Shown here one piece after another: positions 28,831 through 38,448 of a stretch of 59,583 nt of DNA. The DNA comes from a virus (taxonomy: Duplodnaviria; Caudoviricetes): the IMG/VR virus record IMGVR_UViG_3300049432_000036, positions 1 through 59,583 of that record. One strand, written 5' to 3'. The notes under the pieces are model-generated. The model had not been told where the DNA came from. It saw only the letters and a program-made list of their open reading frames with translations, and did not search any database. Made by a program: the position numbers and the translations under genes. The stretch's first letter is position 1, and every line of letters starts with the position of its first letter.

Positions 28831-29006
28831 GCCGGGATCGCTTCAGCACGTACGAGGTGGTGTGGGAAGAAAAGAACATCGAGGTCGGTACTGCGCGCTG
28901 CGACGTGGTGGCGAAGGATATCGACCAGGCACTACGTCGCTGGCGTTCGGATCATAAGAAAGTGGCACTTCGCCACATCAAGGGGATCTGGAGGGTAAGT
29001 CGTTGA
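28827..29006 (+). CDS. Hypothetical protein
   Basis: ATGA overlap. Confidence 0.55.
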   Translation: MSRDRFSTYEVVWEEKNIEVGTARCDVVAKDIDQALRRWRSDHKKVALRHIKGIWRVSR

Positions 29007-29740
29007 TCGTCTCCCATAAGTACAAGTTTGTGATCGCTGTGCCTTGCGGCATGGGCTGCGGTCCGTGGCTTAACCGCATAGCTGCGGAAGGGCCGGAGGG
29101 GTATCTCGAAGTCGTCGGGCATCCGAACGATGTAGTGGTGCCGGAAGGCTGTGAGAAGTATGCCCGGTTCTTCGTGGATACCCCACAGACTCGCTTGCCT
29201 CGGATGTACCTCGCGCAGATCGACAATGATGTGCCTTGGAAGCTGCCACCGGAGGAGCTGGAGGAAGCGGGCAGTAGTTCGCTAAAACGCATTGAGAGAT
29301 GGCTGGAGTGGTACGCGGTACGTCGGCGCGGACACTTCACCCGGATGGCGGCGGAGGACCGCAAGGGGAATGGGTGGGGGATGCGATCAGGGCACGGGGA
29401 GTGGGCATACTTCGAGCACCCGACTCAGCTCGCGCAGGCGTTCGCCGGTATCGGGAATCACCCGGCCCGGGCCGATGCTCCGTGGGGCCGTATCGCGCCG
29501 AAATTCATGAAGCTGGAGGAATTCTCTCGCGGCTGGAAAGACGTGATTAAAATGGTGCACGGGGAGTCGCAAGACGCCAAAGACACCCGTTCGCTGTTGC
29601 GTTGGCACATTCCTGACATGGAGAAGTTCTATGAGATTCGCGATGACCTCGCGACGTTGTTTCTCCAAGAAGGCGCTTGGAACTATGTCACGAAGGTCCG
29701 TAAGCAGCAATCTGGGGATGTTTCTCTGTTTGATCAGTAA
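29003..29740 (+). CDS. Hypothetical protein (N-terminus weakly sulfotransferase-like)
   Basis: 245-aa ORF starting MIVSHKYKFVI. Confidence 0.65.
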   Translation: MIVSHKYKFVIAVPCGMGCGPWLNRIAAEGPEGYLEVVGHPNDVVVPEGCEKYARFFVDTPQTRLPRMYLAQIDNDVPWKLPPEELEEAGSSSLKRIERWLEWYAVRRRGHFTRMAAEDRKGNGWGMRSGHGEWAYFEHPTQLAQAFAGIGNHPARADAPWGRIAPKFMKLEEFSRGWKDVIKMVHGESQDAKDTRSLLRWHIPDMEKFYEIRDDLATLFLQEGAWNYVTKVRKQQSGDVSLFDQ

Positions 29741-29788
29741 TGTGCAGCAAACACAAATAAGCCTCGACGCGGATCTACGTACGCGTAT

Positions 29789-29812
29789 AGGCGATCGCGC
29801 GCGCCTTTGTTT
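29789..29812 (+). terminator. Possible terminator ending the replication arm
   Basis: AGGCG/CGCCT stem followed by TTGTTT. Confidence 0.45.
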
Positions 29813-29956
29813 GACTTCTAGGGGACATCTCTCGCGCGAGGAAAATGCGATTCTCTCTTACGGGCGTAGGAGACATGTTGGTTTCGGGAGAGGGGAGTGG
29901 GAGGGTAGTTTCGAGGATGGTCCTAGGCGTAGGCGCTCGCGAGGGAGGGATTTGAC

Positions 29957-30379
29957 GTGAAGTTTCTGGGGTTTCTACATAGGGGTGTGAAAGAGGTGCA
30001 AGAGCCTGAGGTTGCGGTTTGGAAGGGACCGGTGATCCAGGTTGCTTCGATGTGCCAGCATATTACTGGGGATCGACACAAGCTTGTTGTTGTGGATCTC
30101 CGGCCGCTGGTTCGGGAACTTGCGACGGGCGTTGTTGGTGAGGTAATACCGCTCGGTGGGATCCAGATGGGCACGTTTGGAATCGTGCTGAAAGGGTTTG
30201 CTGCGACGGATATCTGGGCCGTGATGCGGAATGTGCTCTGGGAGGATGAGCATTGCATGGTTTGTTGCGGGGCCATGCTGAAGTTCGTGGAACCGCTTCA
30301 CAATGAGCTCCTGACTAGGTGCGGACCTACAATTGGCCGCAATGGAAGGAGTGTGACGGATGAGTACTGGACCGATTGA
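29957..30379 (+). CDS. Hypothetical protein
   Basis: GGAGG RBS before GTG; G/T-rich. Confidence 0.6.
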   Translation: MKFLGFLHRGVKEVQEPEVAVWKGPVIQVASMCQHITGDRHKLVVVDLRPLVRELATGVVGEVIPLGGIQMGTFGIVLKGFAATDIWAVMRNVLWEDEHCMVCCGAMLKFVEPLHNELLTRCGPTIGRNGRSVTDEYWTD

Positions 30380-30784
30380 GTTTGCGCGATCTGTCCCCGT
30401 TGATGAATTGGGGAGTACGGAATATGGAGGTGATCCTGGTCTTGTTGCTGGGAGCCCTAACGTTGCCGGTGTTGGTCTATCCGGCCGTGGGGTTGATCAC
30501 CTGGCGCATCTCACTACGGCGGAACGCCTGGGCGTGTTGCAACGGTCCAAGTCAACGGCGTACGTTGAGGTTGAGGTTGACGAGGATGGTGCGGTCACTG
30601 AGACGCACGTTGTAGTTGCTGATGGGGTCGATCCGGTCACTGGTCTTGGTGTTGCTGAGGCCGACGCGGATGACGGAGTTGCTGGGGTACCGGCGACGGA
30701 CTTTGCTGGTGGACCGAACGCCGAGTAGTTAGTTGCATGGATCGGTAATTGTCTAACCCAAGCTGAAGCGAAGTGGAGCGGAAA

Positions 30785-31396
30785 ATGCCTGCCTCTTCTG
30801 GTGAAACTCCTCGCGGTCGAGGTCGGCCAAAGGGCAGCAAACCAAGTCCGGCGCAAGCTGCTGCATTGAAGGCTGGTGCTGCAAAGAGAGCCGAAACGTT
30901 GGCCAATCGTAGGAAGGCCAAAGAACAGAAAGACCCTGACGTTAAGTCACGACACCAGATGCTCTTGGACGGTGAGCTCAAGGTGTCGGAGCTTGATGAT
31001 GACGAGCTGTCGAAGTTCCGGGGTCGTGACATCGACGGCGAGTTCAAAGGCAGGATTGCGCCTTTGCCCGTCAAGCTGCATGCGTCGATTCGTCAACGCC
31101 TGTTGGGAAAGATGCAAGCAAACATCGAGGGCTTCCTTCCGCGTGCAACGGAGATCCTCAACGACATCGCGGAGTCGAGTGAGAACGACTCTGCAAGGGT
31201 CAAGGCCGTCGACCTGTTGTTGCAACGAGGCGCTGGTAAGGTGCCCGACGTGGTCCGGGTCGGCGCAGAAGACCCGTGGGATGTCATCCTTGGTGACGTG
31301 TTGCGAGATGGTGGATTGGAGTCCGAGGAGCTGAAACGCTTGACGGACGGCCTGACCGACCTCGCAGGGCGTGGCGGGCGCGACGACGGCTTCTGA
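30785..31396 (+). CDS. Probable terminase small subunit
   Basis: Directly upstream of TerL; basic N-terminus (RGRGRPKG), helical ARVKAVDLLL motif. Confidence 0.65.
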   Translation: MPASSGETPRGRGRPKGSKPSPAQAAALKAGAAKRAETLANRRKAKEQKDPDVKSRHQMLLDGELKVSELDDDELSKFRGRDIDGEFKGRIAPLPVKLHASIRQRLLGKMQANIEGFLPRATEILNDIAESSENDSARVKAVDLLLQRGAGKVPDVVRVGAEDPWDVILGDVLRDGGLESEELKRLTDGLTDLAGRGGRDDGF

Positions 31397-31487
31397 ACGT
31401 GGCAGGGTTGGGCCTACGGACGTGAAGGGATGCGTCCGTGGGTCCTTCCTTAGCTTATGGCTTCATAATCGCTTAGAAAGGAACCTC

Positions 31488-33014
31488 ATGGCTCCGAGAG
31501 TTGCCCTGGGAGAGGTGGACCCGGAGCGCTTGTACGCGGCTCTGAGGAAGACCCGGCCGCTTGCATACCCGATGTGGAAGAACGGTGGGTTCAAGCCGCA
31601 TCTCTCCCAAGCGGCCGTGTTGATGCATAGCGCTCGTAACAAGGTCGTATCGGGCGGACGACGGCTCGGCAAGTCGGAGATCGGGGCGGCCGAACTCGAT
31701 GCTGAAGTGGTCAAGACCAAGATCGTTCTCTCCAAACTGATCGAGATGGACAAGCGTCGTGAGTTCTGGATCATTGGGCCGGAGTACACGGATGCTGAGA
31801 AGGAGTTCCGCAAGCATTGGAACCTCCTCAAGAAGCTGGGGATTCCGTTCGACAAGCCTGGTTCCTACTATGATGCGCATAGTGGTGATATGCAGCTTTC
31901 GTTGATGAAAGGCCGGTACCTGGTACTTGGAAAGTCGGCCAAACATCCGGAGCGTCTGGTTGGTGAGGGATTGAACGGGGCCATTATGGCGGAAGCGGCG
32001 AAGATGAAGGAGAGCGTGTGGTCGAAGTACATCCGGCCGACGCTCGCTGACTTCAACGGATGGTCCATCTTTGCCAGTACACCAGAAGGCAAGAACTGGT
32101 TCTACGAGCTCTGGCAGGACGGCCAGGACCCTCTGAACGATGAATGGGCATCGTGGCGCATACCCTCGTGGATGAACCCGTATGTCTATCCTGGTGGAGC
32201 TACCGAAGCGAGCATCGCGACCCTTCGCGCAGCTCTCGAAGAACGGGCCAATGGCTTCAATTTCCAGGCGTTGGTGAAGCGTCTCCGGTTGAATCCCGAG
32301 ATCGCCTCGATGGTTCGTGACCTCGATGAGATCACCTTCAACCAGGAAGTCGCGGCGGACTTCTCGGAGTTCGTCGGCCGGGTGTTCAAGGACTTCGATG
32401 AGGAGGTGCATGTTGGGGACTTCAAGTACAACCCCGACTGGCCTTTGTATGCGGCGGTGGACTACGGATTCACGAACCCTTTCGTGTGGCTCCTGATCCA
32501 GATCGATCCGTTCGACAACGTGTATGTGATCAATGAGTTTTACGAAAAGGGCCTGACGATTGACGACGCAGCGCGTGAGTTGATCGCTCGTGGCTTGGCG
32601 CCGACGACCATGACCGGCTTCTATCCCGACCCCGCTTCGCCCGGCGACACCGCAGCCTTGGAGAAGCATCTCAAGATTGCAAGCTTTGGCCATACGGGTG
32701 GAGAAATCTCGACACGGCTCCGGTACATCCGCGAGGCGCTGAAGGTCCGCAACAAGCACCTGCCTTGGGGCGACCCGGAACGTAGGCCCAAGCTGATGTT
32801 CGATCGCAAGTGTGAGAACTCGATCCGGGAGTTCAATGACTACCGCTACCCGAAGGGTGAGGAGAAGCGGGACAAGAACAATCAAGAGAACCCACTCAAG
32901 AAGGACGACCACACTCCAGAAGCACTCGGGAGGTTCTACCATGGCTACTACGGAAACCCCGACCAATCCGCCGGAGTCACCACAGTCCGACGCGGGCGCT
33001 TCGCTCGGCGTTAG
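31488..33014 (+). CDS. terL: Terminase large subunit
   Basis: GGRRLGKS Walker A, MAEAA Walker B variant, ASTPEGKNWFY, VDYG and DDH nuclease motifs. Confidence 0.95.
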   Translation: MAPRVALGEVDPERLYAALRKTRPLAYPMWKNGGFKPHLSQAAVLMHSARNKVVSGGRRLGKSEIGAAELDAEVVKTKIVLSKLIEMDKRREFWIIGPEYTDAEKEFRKHWNLLKKLGIPFDKPGSYYDAHSGDMQLSLMKGRYLVLGKSAKHPERLVGEGLNGAIMAEAAKMKESVWSKYIRPTLADFNGWSIFASTPEGKNWFYELWQDGQDPLNDEWASWRIPSWMNPYVYPGGATEASIATLRAALEERANGFNFQALVKRLRLNPEIASMVRDLDEITFNQEVAADFSEFVGRVFKDFDEEVHVGDFKYNPDWPLYAAVDYGFTNPFVWLLIQIDPFDNVYVINEFYEKGLTIDDAARELIARGLAPTTMTGFYPDPASPGDTAALEKHLKIASFGHTGGEISTRLRYIREALKVRNKHLPWGDPERRPKLMFDRKCENSIREFNDYRYPKGEEKRDKNNQENPLKKDDHTPEALGRFYHGYYGNPDQSAGVTTVRRGRFARR

Positions 33015-33339
33015 TTGTGCGGAGTTCCTGAAGGCATTCGAGCGGATCATCGATCTGTTCAAGAAGGAGCACAAGCAGTCCGACTACACGTTGGCCGGTG
33101 ATTAGGGGCCATGAGCTACAAAGATCCGGCGAAGTTCGCTCGTGGCGCGTTCAAGTCCGATGCTGATCTGTGCACCAAGAGGTTCATCCAGATCGTTGCC
33201 AACGATCCGCATCTGGACTACAACCTCTCACGGCTACTTGCCTTGTTTGCAACGCCTATGCCTCGTACGACCGGCGGATACGCGCACCACGACGGCCTAG
33301 AATCTTGACCACCAAGCACGCACAACAGGAAGGGTCACC

Positions 33340-34857
33340 ATGACCACACAGGCAGCCGAGATGGTGACTCCATACTCCACTGTGGCCCCGTACTTCGGCG
33401 CACCGCCCACGTGGCTGACGGAGATGGACGCCCAGCGGATCTTGAGCTACCAGGTCTATGAGCAGATCTACTGGAACGTGCCGGAGACGTTCATCCTTCA
33501 GCAGCGTGGCTCGGATGCAGACCCGATCTACGTTCCGACTGCGCGGACGATCATCGACACCACTAATCGCTACGTAGCCAAGGACTTCGGGTTCATGATC
33601 GACCCGAACGTGGGCACGCCCGCCGGGCAGGATCTCCTCCGCAACGCCCTCACGTCGCTGTTCCGGCGCGAGAGGTTCTGGTCTCAGTTCGCGAGCAACA
33701 AGCGCTTCGGTTTGATCCGGGGTGATTGGATGTTCCACATCTGGGCGAATGCGAAGAAGCCGCAAGGCCGACGTATCACCATCGAGACAATCGATCCGGC
33801 CGCCTACTTCCCGGTCTACCACCCGGACGACCCGGCGCGTCTGATCGCCGTCCACATCGCTGAGCAGTATGTGGACCCGGAGGACAACAAGGTCTACATC
33901 AAGCGCCAGACGTACTTCCGGGGGCGCAACCCGCTGGAGAACGACGGGACTGACACAACGATCTGGAATGAGGTGGCGTTGTTCGACCCGAAGGGGTGGG
34001 AGGACATCACCATCAACCCCAAGACGGTCATCAAGCCTCTCGTCCAGCTTCCGCCGCAGATCACCAGTATCCCGGTCTACCACATCCGGAACTTTGAGAC
34101 CCCCGGCGACCCTTTCGGCAGTAGCGAGTTGCGCGGCTTCGAACGGATCATGGCCGCAGTCAACCAGGCGATCTCCGACGAGGAGCTGGCGCTTGCCCTT
34201 GAGGGCTTGGGGATGTATGCAACGGACGGTGGTCCGCCCCGAGACGAGCAAGGGAACATCACCGATTGGGTCATGAGCCCTGGCAACGTAGTCGAGCACG
34301 CAAAGGGGTCCACCTTCAACCGGGTAACCGGCGTGGGAACGGTGACGCCGGTACTCGATCACATCCAGTTCCTGATCAACAGCTTGAAGGAGGCATCCGG
34401 CACGCCCGACGTGGCCACAGGGAAGGTTGACGTGGCGGTTGCTGAGTCGGGTATCTCCCTGAGCCTTCAGATGGGCCCGATGATCTCGAAGGTCTCGGAG
34501 AAGGACCAAGTGGTCACGGACGTCATGCGGCAGATGTACTACGACATCTCCTATGGCTTCCTGCCTGCATACGAGGCGACGGTCACGGACGCCTATGCCG
34601 AGCCGTCGTATGGTGAGGTACTGCCGAACGACAAGGCCGCTCAGGTCGCCGAGATCCTTCTGATGCAGAGCCAGGCTCTCGTGGACGCCGACTGGGCACG
34701 TACCGAGATTGCGAAGATTCGCGGGTATGACTTCGGCAACTCCATGAGCCAGAAGGTCATCGATGACATGGCGGAGAAGGCCGCTGCCGTCGACCCGTTC
34801 GCAGCCCGGATGGCGGCGGAAAGTGAAGTACAAGACGAAACCGGAGGAGCAGCATAA
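33340..34857 (+). CDS. Portal protein
   Basis: 505 aa after TerL; IPVYHI..GSSEL and SGISL portal-like motifs. Confidence 0.88.
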   Translation: MTTQAAEMVTPYSTVAPYFGAPPTWLTEMDAQRILSYQVYEQIYWNVPETFILQQRGSDADPIYVPTARTIIDTTNRYVAKDFGFMIDPNVGTPAGQDLLRNALTSLFRRERFWSQFASNKRFGLIRGDWMFHIWANAKKPQGRRITIETIDPAAYFPVYHPDDPARLIAVHIAEQYVDPEDNKVYIKRQTYFRGRNPLENDGTDTTIWNEVALFDPKGWEDITINPKTVIKPLVQLPPQITSIPVYHIRNFETPGDPFGSSELRGFERIMAAVNQAISDEELALALEGLGMYATDGGPPRDEQGNITDWVMSPGNVVEHAKGSTFNRVTGVGTVTPVLDHIQFLINSLKEASGTPDVATGKVDVAVAESGISLSLQMGPMISKVSEKDQVVTDVMRQMYYDISYGFLPAYEATVTDAYAEPSYGEVLPNDKAAQVAEILLMQSQALVDADWARTEIAKIRGYDFGNSMSQKVIDDMAEKAAAVDPFAARMAAESEVQDETGGAA

Positions 34858-35141
34858 TGCCAGTAGGTAACGAAGACATCAAGATGATCGAGGACGGGAA
34901 GAACCTCTTCCAGTCGCAGTACTGCTCGTCATTCGTGGTCGCCGACGACACGACGGATGGGAACCGCCGGTCTCTGTTCTCGTGCCAGGCGTTCGAGAAG
35001 CATGGCGTGCATGGAAAGTTTGGCACGCCGGTCCACTTCGCTGCCAATGGTGACACGTGGTTCAGGGAGGGCGAAGGCGAATGGGCACACTGGCAGCACG
35101 AAGGTGATGTCTTGGTCGAGCTCAACATGTCCGGCGCGTGA
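34857..35141 (+). CDS. Hypothetical protein
   Basis: TAATG coupling to portal. Confidence 0.55.
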   Translation: MPVGNEDIKMIEDGKNLFQSQYCSSFVVADDTTDGNRRSLFSCQAFEKHGVHGKFGTPVHFAANGDTWFREGEGEWAHWQHEGDVLVELNMSGA

Positions 35142-35236
35142 GGCCGGGTATCACGGGGGCGCTGCGGGACATTCTGTGAGGCATGCCGGAGACTGCATGC
35201 ATTGCTTCGGCGAGGACGAGTGTCTGGAGAGTAGTG

Positions 35237-35356
35237 ATGGCAAACACCAAGAAAGCCAAGAAGCGCCGGGCGGGCAAGATCTCAGCGTTGCGCCGGAAGG
35301 GCCTGGGCCCGAAGGTCGCTCGTAAGATCGCGAACGGCAAGAAGAGCAAGTCGTAA
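35237..35356 (+). CDS. Very basic 39-aa protein (not in ORF track)
   Basis: MANTKKAKKRRAGKISALRRKGLGPKVARKIANGKKSKS; GGAG RBS. Confidence 0.6.
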   Translation: MANTKKAKKRRAGKISALRRKGLGPKVARKIANGKKSKS

Positions 35357-35444
35357 TTGCTGCAAAGCTTTGCTAGATGTGGCAATTGCGCGTAACATCA
35401 GGACGTTCGGCACTCAGCCGGACGAAGCGGAGCACAGGAAGGCA

Positions 35445-36386
35445 ATGCAAATGAGTGGCATGGCGGTCAAACACACGAAGGACCCGGGCGACCACGCGAT
35501 GAGCGCGGACTGTTGGTGCAACCCGGAGGTGATCAAGGTCGAAGCCGTCGCGGATCACCCGGCGCTCGATGAACCGCAAGGGATCCACGCCAAGGGCACG
35601 TTGGCTGAATGGTTGTACAACCGGTTCGGCACCAAGATGGAGCCGTTGGACCCAACCGAGACGGCGAAGACTTGGGACCGGCTCGAAGCCGAAGACCAGT
35701 CCTACTGGGCGCACCAGGCTTATGCCGTGCGACGTGCCGTTGAGCGCGTCGACGCGCCATACAAGCCCAAGCCCGAGCAGGATGACACGGAACTCGTGGC
35801 GTTGGCCGAAGACCAGACGATTCGTGCCCTCCACCACGTTCACGAGATCTGCGGCGGCGAGGTCAAGGGGTTCCGCCAGCTGAATCTCAAGGCCGCCGAG
35901 AGCATGGGCGAAGCGATCCGCATCGCGGTCGGCGCGGCGTCAACCTGCTGGACGAACATGATGGGCGCTGGCGTCTTCAAGAGCACCGAAGCGCTGGACA
36001 TCTCGACTCAGCTCGAACATCACATCGATGCTCACATCACGAAGGGTCTTGGGGCTATCGGCCTTCGGCACAACGTCATCGGCGCGAAACTGCGCGCGCT
36101 CAAGGAGCGAGGTGAGACAACCGTCCCGATCCAGGACGTGATGGACATCCTCGTGGGCAAGAAGGACCAGGAAGCTCACAGCACCGTGCCGTACAACGTG
36201 GAGAAGGCGCGTTGCTGGTGCGGGTCTGACGTCGGCCCGCGTCTGCCCAGCGACCCCTGGGGCAACGGCTGCCTTGCCGACATCAAGCACGACTGGGCAC
36301 ACGAGACTCCGGAGGCCAAGCCCGCTCCCAAGACGCCGGGGTACGACGGCCCGGAAGGCACCGAGTGGGGCGGTACGGCCCGATGA
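35445..36386 (+). CDS. Hypothetical protein
   Basis: AGGAAGG RBS; mosaic of CWC/HxxH motifs. Confidence 0.7.
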   Translation: MQMSGMAVKHTKDPGDHAMSADCWCNPEVIKVEAVADHPALDEPQGIHAKGTLAEWLYNRFGTKMEPLDPTETAKTWDRLEAEDQSYWAHQAYAVRRAVERVDAPYKPKPEQDDTELVALAEDQTIRALHHVHEICGGEVKGFRQLNLKAAESMGEAIRIAVGAASTCWTNMMGAGVFKSTEALDISTQLEHHIDAHITKGLGAIGLRHNVIGAKLRALKERGETTVPIQDVMDILVGKKDQEAHSTVPYNVEKARCWCGSDVGPRLPSDPWGNGCLADIKHDWAHETPEAKPAPKTPGYDGPEGTEWGGTAR

Positions 36387-36670
36387 ACGAGGATGACCTT
36401 GAAGTCCTGGCGTTCGCCGAGAAGGATGCAAACCCCAACTCGTGGAACATGCCGATCCACTACGAGGGCAACTGCCTGATCGGCTGTAAGGGCCGGAAGC
36501 TTCTACGCACCAGGAACCTGTTCGCGGTGGGCAACTGGATCGAGTACCACCGCGAAGGCGCGGAGCACGTAGGCAACCTGCTCAAGCGCTCCGGGGGTGA
36601 CCTCGACAAGCTTCCGGAGATCAAGGGCAACATCATGATGTGCGAGGGCGTTGGAGAGGTGGAGAAATGA
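36383..36670 (+). CDS. Hypothetical protein
   Basis: ATGA overlap. Confidence 0.6.
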   Translation: MNEDDLEVLAFAEKDANPNSWNMPIHYEGNCLIGCKGRKLLRTRNLFAVGNWIEYHREGAEHVGNLLKRSGGDLDKLPEIKGNIMMCEGVGEVEK

Positions 36671-37020
36671 GCGAGCCGATCGAGACGGCGACACCTTGGG
36701 GCGGCCGGTCGCAGAAGCCGCCAATTACTCAGGTGGAGGCGGAGCGGAAGGCGTTCGAGGCAGCAGCGAAGAAGGCGATGACCGAACCGGGCAACGGGAA
36801 GGTGCACCCGATGTCGGTCACGTCGGAAGGCTACGAGCCGAACCGGCCGATGGTCGTTCGGGACGACGCCAACGAGATCACCAAGAAGATCGGGAAGCGG
36901 CAGCCCGGCTACAACGACATCGTCGTTGACAAGTGGGACAAGGTGGTCGTGTACTCCGTAGTGACCTGCGCCGCGTTGATCGGCGCAGTCGTGGTGTACC
37001 TCTTCTTCAAACTGGGGTGA
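36667..37020 (+). CDS. Membrane protein (C-terminal TM helix)
   Basis: VVVYSVVTCAALIGAVVVYLFF. Confidence 0.65.
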   Translation: MSEPIETATPWGGRSQKPPITQVEAERKAFEAAAKKAMTEPGNGKVHPMSVTSEGYEPNRPMVVRDDANEITKKIGKRQPGYNDIVVDKWDKVVVYSVVTCAALIGAVVVYLFFKLG

Positions 37021-37023
37021 AAT

Positions 37024-37896
37024 ATGGCCGATCCGAAGCTAGACCGGGCACCGCTCGATGCGTATCTGCGTCGGCAAGTGACCGTAGATGTGGAAATGCG
37101 GAAGGTTCTACGGGCTGCGATCAAGTCCTTGGACTCCGAGATCAAGCGTCTGTCCGAGTCGGCCAAGATCGGCAACCAGGTTCGCGCGTCACAACTCCGT
37201 TTGACGCGGGAGCTGATGTCGGTATGGCGTGACGTCGGCTCGGTGATCGAGTCCGGCATCATGAACAGTGCAGAGGACGTGGCGAAAGTCCAGCAGGCGT
37301 TCGACAAGGACCTGATGAAGCGGCTTGGGACCAAGATGTCGCCGGACTTCGCCCGTTCTCTCGTCGCCCAGGCCGAAGAAGGACTCCAGTCCTACATCAG
37401 CCGACGTCACTTCAACATGACGCTGAGCGAGCGGGTGTACCGGAATGGCAAGAGATCCGTTGCTTCAGTTGAGTCGATCATCAACCAGGGTCTCTTGTCT
37501 GGCCGATCTGCGAGTGAGATCGCACGTATGGTCCGATCATTTATCAATCCTCGCACGCCTGGCGGGTTGTCTTATGCTGCTATGCGACTCGCAAGGACCG
37601 AGCTCAACAACGCCTTCCACGAAACCTCAATAAGGATGGCAAAAGATGATCCATTCGTGAGCCGGATGAAGTGGAATCTGTCCGGCTCACACCCGAAGCC
37701 TGATATCTGTAACCAGTTGGCTGGTAAAGTCAACAAGTCCGGCTGGGAACCTGGTGAATACTCCGTTGATCAGGTCCCGCGCAAGCCGCACCCGCAGTGT
37801 CTGTGTTTCACGACCACAGTTCCCATCAGCGAAGAGGCTTTCCTGCGCAACATGAACGCCGGGAAGTATGACAATATGGCTGAAGTAGCGGCCTGA
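37024..37896 (+). CDS. MuF-like minor head/head morphogenesis protein
   Basis: RLARTE, DIC..L and PHPQCLC motifs. Confidence 0.85.
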   Translation: MADPKLDRAPLDAYLRRQVTVDVEMRKVLRAAIKSLDSEIKRLSESAKIGNQVRASQLRLTRELMSVWRDVGSVIESGIMNSAEDVAKVQQAFDKDLMKRLGTKMSPDFARSLVAQAEEGLQSYISRRHFNMTLSERVYRNGKRSVASVESIINQGLLSGRSASEIARMVRSFINPRTPGGLSYAAMRLARTELNNAFHETSIRMAKDDPFVSRMKWNLSGSHPKPDICNQLAGKVNKSGWEPGEYSVDQVPRKPHPQCLCFTTTVPISEEAFLRNMNAGKYDNMAEVAA

Positions 37897-37907
37897 GCGG
37901 AGCAACC

Positions 37908-38297
37908 ATGGCGAAGAGCAAGGCAAAAGGGGCCAATAGCCCCAAACGTCCGACCTCCGTCAAGATCTTCTTCCTGACTTACCGCATCAACTACTACACG
38001 GAGCCGGAATGGCTGGCGTCGCCGTTGGACAACGACCTCGCCGGGCAATGCGATAGCAACGCTTCGTGTATGCACATACGTATCTCGCCGAGCATCCACG
38101 AGCAGATGTTGCGCGAAGTGGTGCTTCACGAGATCCTGCATGCGATCTGGTGGCATATGGGTCTGCGCGACAACCCGATCCAGGCCGATGATGTTGAGGC
38201 CCACGAGGAGGAGCATGTCCTGCGCACGTCGCACGGCCTGATGCCAGTAATGCAAGAGAATCCCAAGCTCATGGCCTGGCTCATGTCGCCCGGGTAG
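37908..38297 (+). CDS. HExxH metallopeptidase-like protein
   Basis: VVLHEILHAIW followed by EE. Confidence 0.75.
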   Translation: MAKSKAKGANSPKRPTSVKIFFLTYRINYYTEPEWLASPLDNDLAGQCDSNASCMHIRISPSIHEQMLREVVLHEILHAIWWHMGLRDNPIQADDVEAHEEEHVLRTSHGLMPVMQENPKLMAWLMSPG

Positions 38298-38332
38298 GCT
38301 CATCTCGCGGCCTCCCCGAGCCGTTGTTTGCA

Positions 38333-38370
38333 CAAGTAGCCCTACTGCCTAACGGTAGTGGGGCTATTTG
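38333..38370 (+). terminator. Stem-loop/terminator upstream of scaffold gene
   Basis: CAAGTAGCCCTACTGCC/GGTAGTGGGGCTATTTG. Confidence 0.6.
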
Positions 38371-38448
38371 CATTTCCCCATGTTCTACAGGCATCTCTGG
38401 GTGCTCCGGTATGCTTTGGTACCAAACGGAGCGGAAGGAGACAACCTC

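Noticed and set aside
30360-30728. Firm CDS call in the G/T-rich region before terS
   Set aside because: Two overlapping frames (30360-30728 and 30423-30615) are equally plausible; cannot decide from sequence alone
31980-32000. TerL Walker B reading AEAA instead of DEAA as sign of a pseudogene
   Set aside because: Catalytic Glu and all other ATPase/nuclease motifs are intact; ORF uninterrupted
33111-33308. Small ORF between terL and portal
   Set aside because: Weak RBS and no motif; may be real but unsupported
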